DNA of 64,000 nucleotides from Deltaproteobacteria bacterium (GTDB lineage Bacteria; Myxococcota; Kuafuiibacteriia; Kuafuiibacteriales; Kuafuiibacteriaceae): NCBI GenBank assembly GCA_040218735.1, contig JAVJQW010000018.1, positions 96,001 to 160,000 of the forward strand, read 5' to 3'. Shown piece by piece: positions 59,037 to 64,000 of this stretch (position 1 is its first letter; each line of letters starts with the position of its first letter). The notes under the pieces were generated by a model. It saw only the letters and a program-made list of their open reading frames with translations, ran no database searches and was not told where the DNA came from. The position numbers and the translations under genes were made by a program.

Positions 59037-59765
59037 GTGGTCGGCGGCGCGTTCACCGCGAAGGCGCGTCGGCGCCTCCTCGACGAACACACGCAGGCGC
59101 GCGTTCGCCTGATCGACGCCGAGCCGAAGGACGCCGCGCGACACGAAGCCGAGCTCGATCGCCTCGAGCACCAGTACGACGCCGGGCTGCCGCTCCTCAG
59201 CGTGTCGTGCTGCCCCTTCGACCGGCTCCCGGTGAAGCGGCCGTTCGACCACCTCGGCCTCGACGGTCTGTGGTGGCACCCGGATCGCCCGCGCCCCGAA
59301 GGCCCCGACGTGTGTCGGCACTTCGTCGCGGCCACGGGGGCGCTGACGTTGGGCGCCGGGGAAGCGCCGCCGCACCCGGTGTTCGCGGCGGCGGCGGCGC
59401 CGTTCGTTTCACCTTCGTTGCTGGAGCACGACGGCGTGGTCGCGGTGATCGCGACGCGCCCGATCGAGCCCACGCACGCGGCGCACCTCGTCACGTACTT
59501 CGCGGAGGATCCGTCCGCGATCGCGGCCGCGATGCGCCCGCCGGAGATCGGCCGTCGCGTGCGCCACTACCTCGACGCCGAAGGCCGCCCGGCGTGGCGC
59601 GGCCTCGACGAGGGCGTCGACTTCGATCTCGATGTCTGGGTGGAGCGGGGAAAGCTGCGTTTCTGCCGGCAGCTCGATCCGATCGCGCGGCTCTTCTCGG
59701 AGGGGACGAAGTCACCGTACGCGGCCGCCGAGCCCGAAGCGCGGCGGCCGGTCCGGTGGGGTTGA
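59037..59765 (+). CDS. hypothetical protein, candidate immunity/partner of the cyclase
   Basis: Starts 1 nt after the upstream stop. CCPF, GLDGLWW, CRHF motifs. No signal peptide. Confidence 0.65.
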   Translation: MVGGAFTAKARRRLLDEHTQARVRLIDAEPKDAARHEAELDRLEHQYDAGLPLLSVSCCPFDRLPVKRPFDHLGLDGLWWHPDRPRPEGPDVCRHFVAATGALTLGAGEAPPHPVFAAAAAPFVSPSLLEHDGVVAVIATRPIEPTHAAHLVTYFAEDPSAIAAAMRPPEIGRRVRHYLDAEGRPAWRGLDEGVDFDLDVWVERGKLRFCRQLDPIARLFSEGTKSPYAAAEPEARRPVRWG

Positions 59766-59766
59766 C

Positions 59767-61539
<1,773 letters not shown>

Positions 61540-61562
61540 AGGCGGGTCGTTCTCCAGATAGA

Positions 61563-61578
61563 TTGACTAATCAGTCAA
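61563..61578. promoter_or_regulatory. palindromic operator (TetR-like)
   Basis: TTGACT-AATC-AGTCAA, 23 nt upstream of the acyl-CoA dehydrogenase start, in an AT-rich patch. Confidence 0.65.
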
Positions 61579-61637
61579 CGTCAGGGTGCCGAGGGATGAC
61601 GCGCCCAGTCAATCCCGCTTTTTGTGCGCGTGCCGAA

Positions 61638-62603
61638 TCAGTCGTCACCCCCGCCATAACCCCCACTCGCCGAGATCTGGGACGGGTCGACCTTGTCGAG
61701 GTCGAACGCCTCCGCCTTCGACATCATCTTGTCCATCGCGTCGTCGAAATCCATCGACGCCTTCGGGGAGCGCACCGGGTTCAGGCGCGCGACGACGAAC
61801 GTCTTCAGATACGGCGACGAAAAGCCCTTGTCCTTGAGCGCCTTCACGAGCCGCGCGACCTCGTCGTCGACCTCGAGGATGCGCGCCGCCCGTGCCTCCC
61901 GCGTCGCGATCGCCTCCGACAGCGGGGCGTCGAGGAACGACTCCACCTTCTTGAGGATCGACTGGTACGCCGAGCCCGAGAACCGCGCCTTCCTTTCGTA
62001 CGCCGCGCCGACCGTCAGATAGAACGGCTCCTCCAGCTCGACCGCGTACGTCGACTCCGGATCGTCACCGAGGTCCGCGAGCGCGCGCACCATGCGGATG
62101 CACTCCAGCGACCGGTCCTTGAGGTTCGGCGCCTTCTCCGTGTTGAGCGCGAGGATCTGGAACGCGAGCTCCGGCTCCACGACCACGATCGACAGGATCG
62201 AGCGCGCCCCGATGCGCTTCATCGCCTCCAGGCGGTGGTGCCCGTTCGGCGTGAGGTACTGCTCGCCCTCGCGCACCGTGATGATCGGATCGAGGAACCG
62301 ATCGATGCGATCGATCACCCCGTGCAGCTTCTTCACGTGCGTGTCGGACAGGTCGCGCTGGAATGCGATCGGCGCGACCTTGTCGAGCGGCAGCGCCGCG
62401 AGCACCTGCCAGTGTCCGCCGAGCGGGTCGCGGTACGTCGCAACCGCCGCGCCGCCGTCCTCGGCGACCTGTGCGGCGAGCGCCGACACCGCCTCCGGAA
62501 CCTCCTCCCCCGAGACGACCTCGGGCGCCTCGAGTCCGCGGGACGCGGGCTTTGCCTTGGTGCGCCGCGTCTTCTTCTTCGTCGTGGTCTTCTTCGTGGC
62601 CAA
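61638..62603 (-). CDS. ParB/Srx N-terminal domain protein
   Basis: FQRDL, LDPII.V...Y...NGHHRLEA, LALNTEK. Basic N-terminal tail. Start uncertain (TTG 62603). Confidence 0.8.
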   Translation of the reverse strand: MATKKTTTKKKTRRTKAKPASRGLEAPEVVSGEEVPEAVSALAAQVAEDGGAAVATYRDPLGGHWQVLAALPLDKVAPIAFQRDLSDTHVKKLHGVIDRIDRFLDPIITVREGEQYLTPNGHHRLEAMKRIGARSILSIVVVEPELAFQILALNTEKAPNLKDRSLECIRMVRALADLGDDPESTYAVELEEPFYLTVGAAYERKARFSGSAYQSILKKVESFLDAPLSEAIATREARAARILEVDDEVARLVKALKDKGFSSPYLKTFVVARLNPVRSPKASMDFDDAMDKMMSKAEAFDLDKVDPSQISASGGYGGGDD

Positions 62604-62682
62604 GGCGGCTAGCCTACTGAGGACTCGGCCGGCGTGGAATGGAATGTTCGGCGGGCCCCTCGTGTAGAATCTGAAGACCACG

Positions 62683-64000
62683 ATGCTCCCGCCGCCGGGT
62701 TATCGCGACCTCGAGCTCGTCGGCCGAGGCGCCACCAGTCGCGTCTTTCGTGCCACCTCCGCCCGCACCGGGCAGGTCGTGGCGCTGAAGCGGCTGCACC
62801 GCCAGCTCCTCGACTCCCCGGACGCCCTCACACGCCTCCGCCGCGAGTTCTCGGCGCTCACGAAGCTCAACCACCCTTCGATCGTCGCGACCTACGACGT
62901 CATCCGGTGGGAGGGCGACCCGACCGTCGTCATGGACTTCATCGACGGCGTCGGCCTCGACGAGCTCATCGCGAAGGAGGGGCCGCTGCACTTCGACCGC
63001 ATCCGCGCCATCGCCGGCGCGCTCCTCGACGCGCTGATCGCCGCGCACGGCGCCGGCATCGTGCACCGCGACGTCAAACCGCAGAACGTTCGCATCGCCG
63101 AAGACGGCCGCGTGTACTTGCTCGACTTCGGCAGCGCACGCTTCGACGCCGCCTCCGAGCTCACCCAGACCGGCACAACCGTCGGGACGCCCGACTACAT
63201 GGCGCCCGAGCTGTTCGCCGGCTCCGTCTACGACCCGCGGGTGGATCTGTACGGCGTCGGCGCCACGCTCTACGAGTGCCTCACCGGGCAGGTCCCGCAG
63301 GCCGCCGACTCCCTCACCCAGCTCGCGTTCAAACGCACGCACGATGACATCCCGTCGGTACGTTTGCTCCGCCCGGAGGCGCCCGAAGGTCTCGTACAGC
63401 TCGTCGATCGCGCGCTGCTGCGCAGCCCGGACGATCGCTTCGCGAGCGCCGCGCTCGCGCGGTGGACACTCGACAACCCGGACCCCGCGCTCGCGTTCGC
63501 GCGCCGTCGTAAAGCGCACCCGCCGTGTCTGCACTGCGACGCACGCATCGACCCGAAGTCGGCGTCGTGTCCGTCTTGCGGTTCGGACCACCCGTTCAGC
63601 TACGAGCCGGGCTCTTCACACGTCGTGCTCAAGAGCGTCCGCGATCCGGCGGCGCTGATGGGGGCGATCGCGACACGGTTCCCGGAGCGTGACACGAAGC
63701 TGCACGACGCCGCGCTCGCCGAGCGCATCGCCGCCCTCGAAGAAGGACCGCAGCGCCTCCTGTCGTTCGTCGACCGCGACGAAGCGTGTCGGCTCGCCGA
63801 CGAGCTCGAGACCGCAGGGGCGCACTGCGAGGTCGTCGACGACGTCGGCACTTCGGGGTGGCGCCTCTACGCGTGGTGCACCGTCGCATTCATCGCCGGC
63901 GTGATGTTCATCGGGAGCACCGTGCTGGGCGCCGACATCGGACTGCACCACGCGCTCTTCCTCGTGCTCCCGACCCTGATCGCGCTGATGGGCGAGCGTG
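62683..64000 (+). CDS. Ser/Thr protein kinase with zinc ribbon and TM segments (runs off window)
   Basis: Read from the DNA, not in the ORF track: GRGATSRV, VALK, HRDVKPQN, DFG, GTPDYMAPE, CLHC...CPSC. Confidence 0.92.
   Translation, partial: MLPPPGYRDLELVGRGATSRVFRATSARTGQVVALKRLHRQLLDSPDALTRLRREFSALTKLNHPSIVATYDVIRWEGDPTVVMDFIDGVGLDELIAKEGPLHFDRIRAIAGALLDALIAAHGAGIVHRDVKPQNVRIAEDGRVYLLDFGSARFDAASELTQTGTTVGTPDYMAPELFAGSVYDPRVDLYGVGATLYECLTGQVPQAADSLTQLAFKRTHDDIPSVRLLRPEAPEGLVQLVDRALLRSPDDRFASAALARWTLDNPDPALAFARRRKAHPPCLHCDARIDPKSASCPSCGSDHPFSYEPGSSHVVLKSVRDPAALMGAIATRFPERDTKLHDAALAERIAALEEGPQRLLSFVDRDEACRLADELETAGAHCEVVDDVGTSGWRLYAWCTVAFIAGVMFIGSTVLGADIGLHHALFLVLPTLIALMGER

Overview
High-GC window that looks like Myxococcota/Deltaproteobacteria (MYXO-CTERM-like tail, AgmX/PglI-type domain, PEGA proteins, Ser/Thr kinases, glnB-glnA). 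About 45 CDSs can be supported. No rRNA, tRNA, CRISPR array or mobile element was seen. Most genes are housekeeping, envelope or signalling. Four regions stand out. (1) 27.7-37.7 kb: a divergent seven-gene locus with an intact single-ring ClpB-NBD2-like ATPase fused to Kelch-like repeats, a catalytically degenerate paralog of it, three homologous unknown proteins, a degenerate vWA protein and a small LxxP-repeat protein. (2) 58.2-59.8 kb: a compact stand-alone EF/CyaA/ExoY-like nucleotidyl cyclase with a tightly coupled partner gene, downstream of an ECF-kinase cassette. (3) 10.6-13.9 kb: an atypical acyl-CoA-dehydrogenase-fold / signal-less PhnD-fold / TusA-ferritin operon. Its leader has a short M-F-C-L-UGA ORF, a SECIS-like hairpin and an SD-sequestering stem. 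(4) 3.1-4.6 kb: back-to-back sigma54-like promoters driving a protease and a Gln/Lys/Cys-repeat protein with an FrpC self-processing-module-like domain. All calls come from reading motifs by eye. No searches were run, and several starts were re-chosen from the ORF track.
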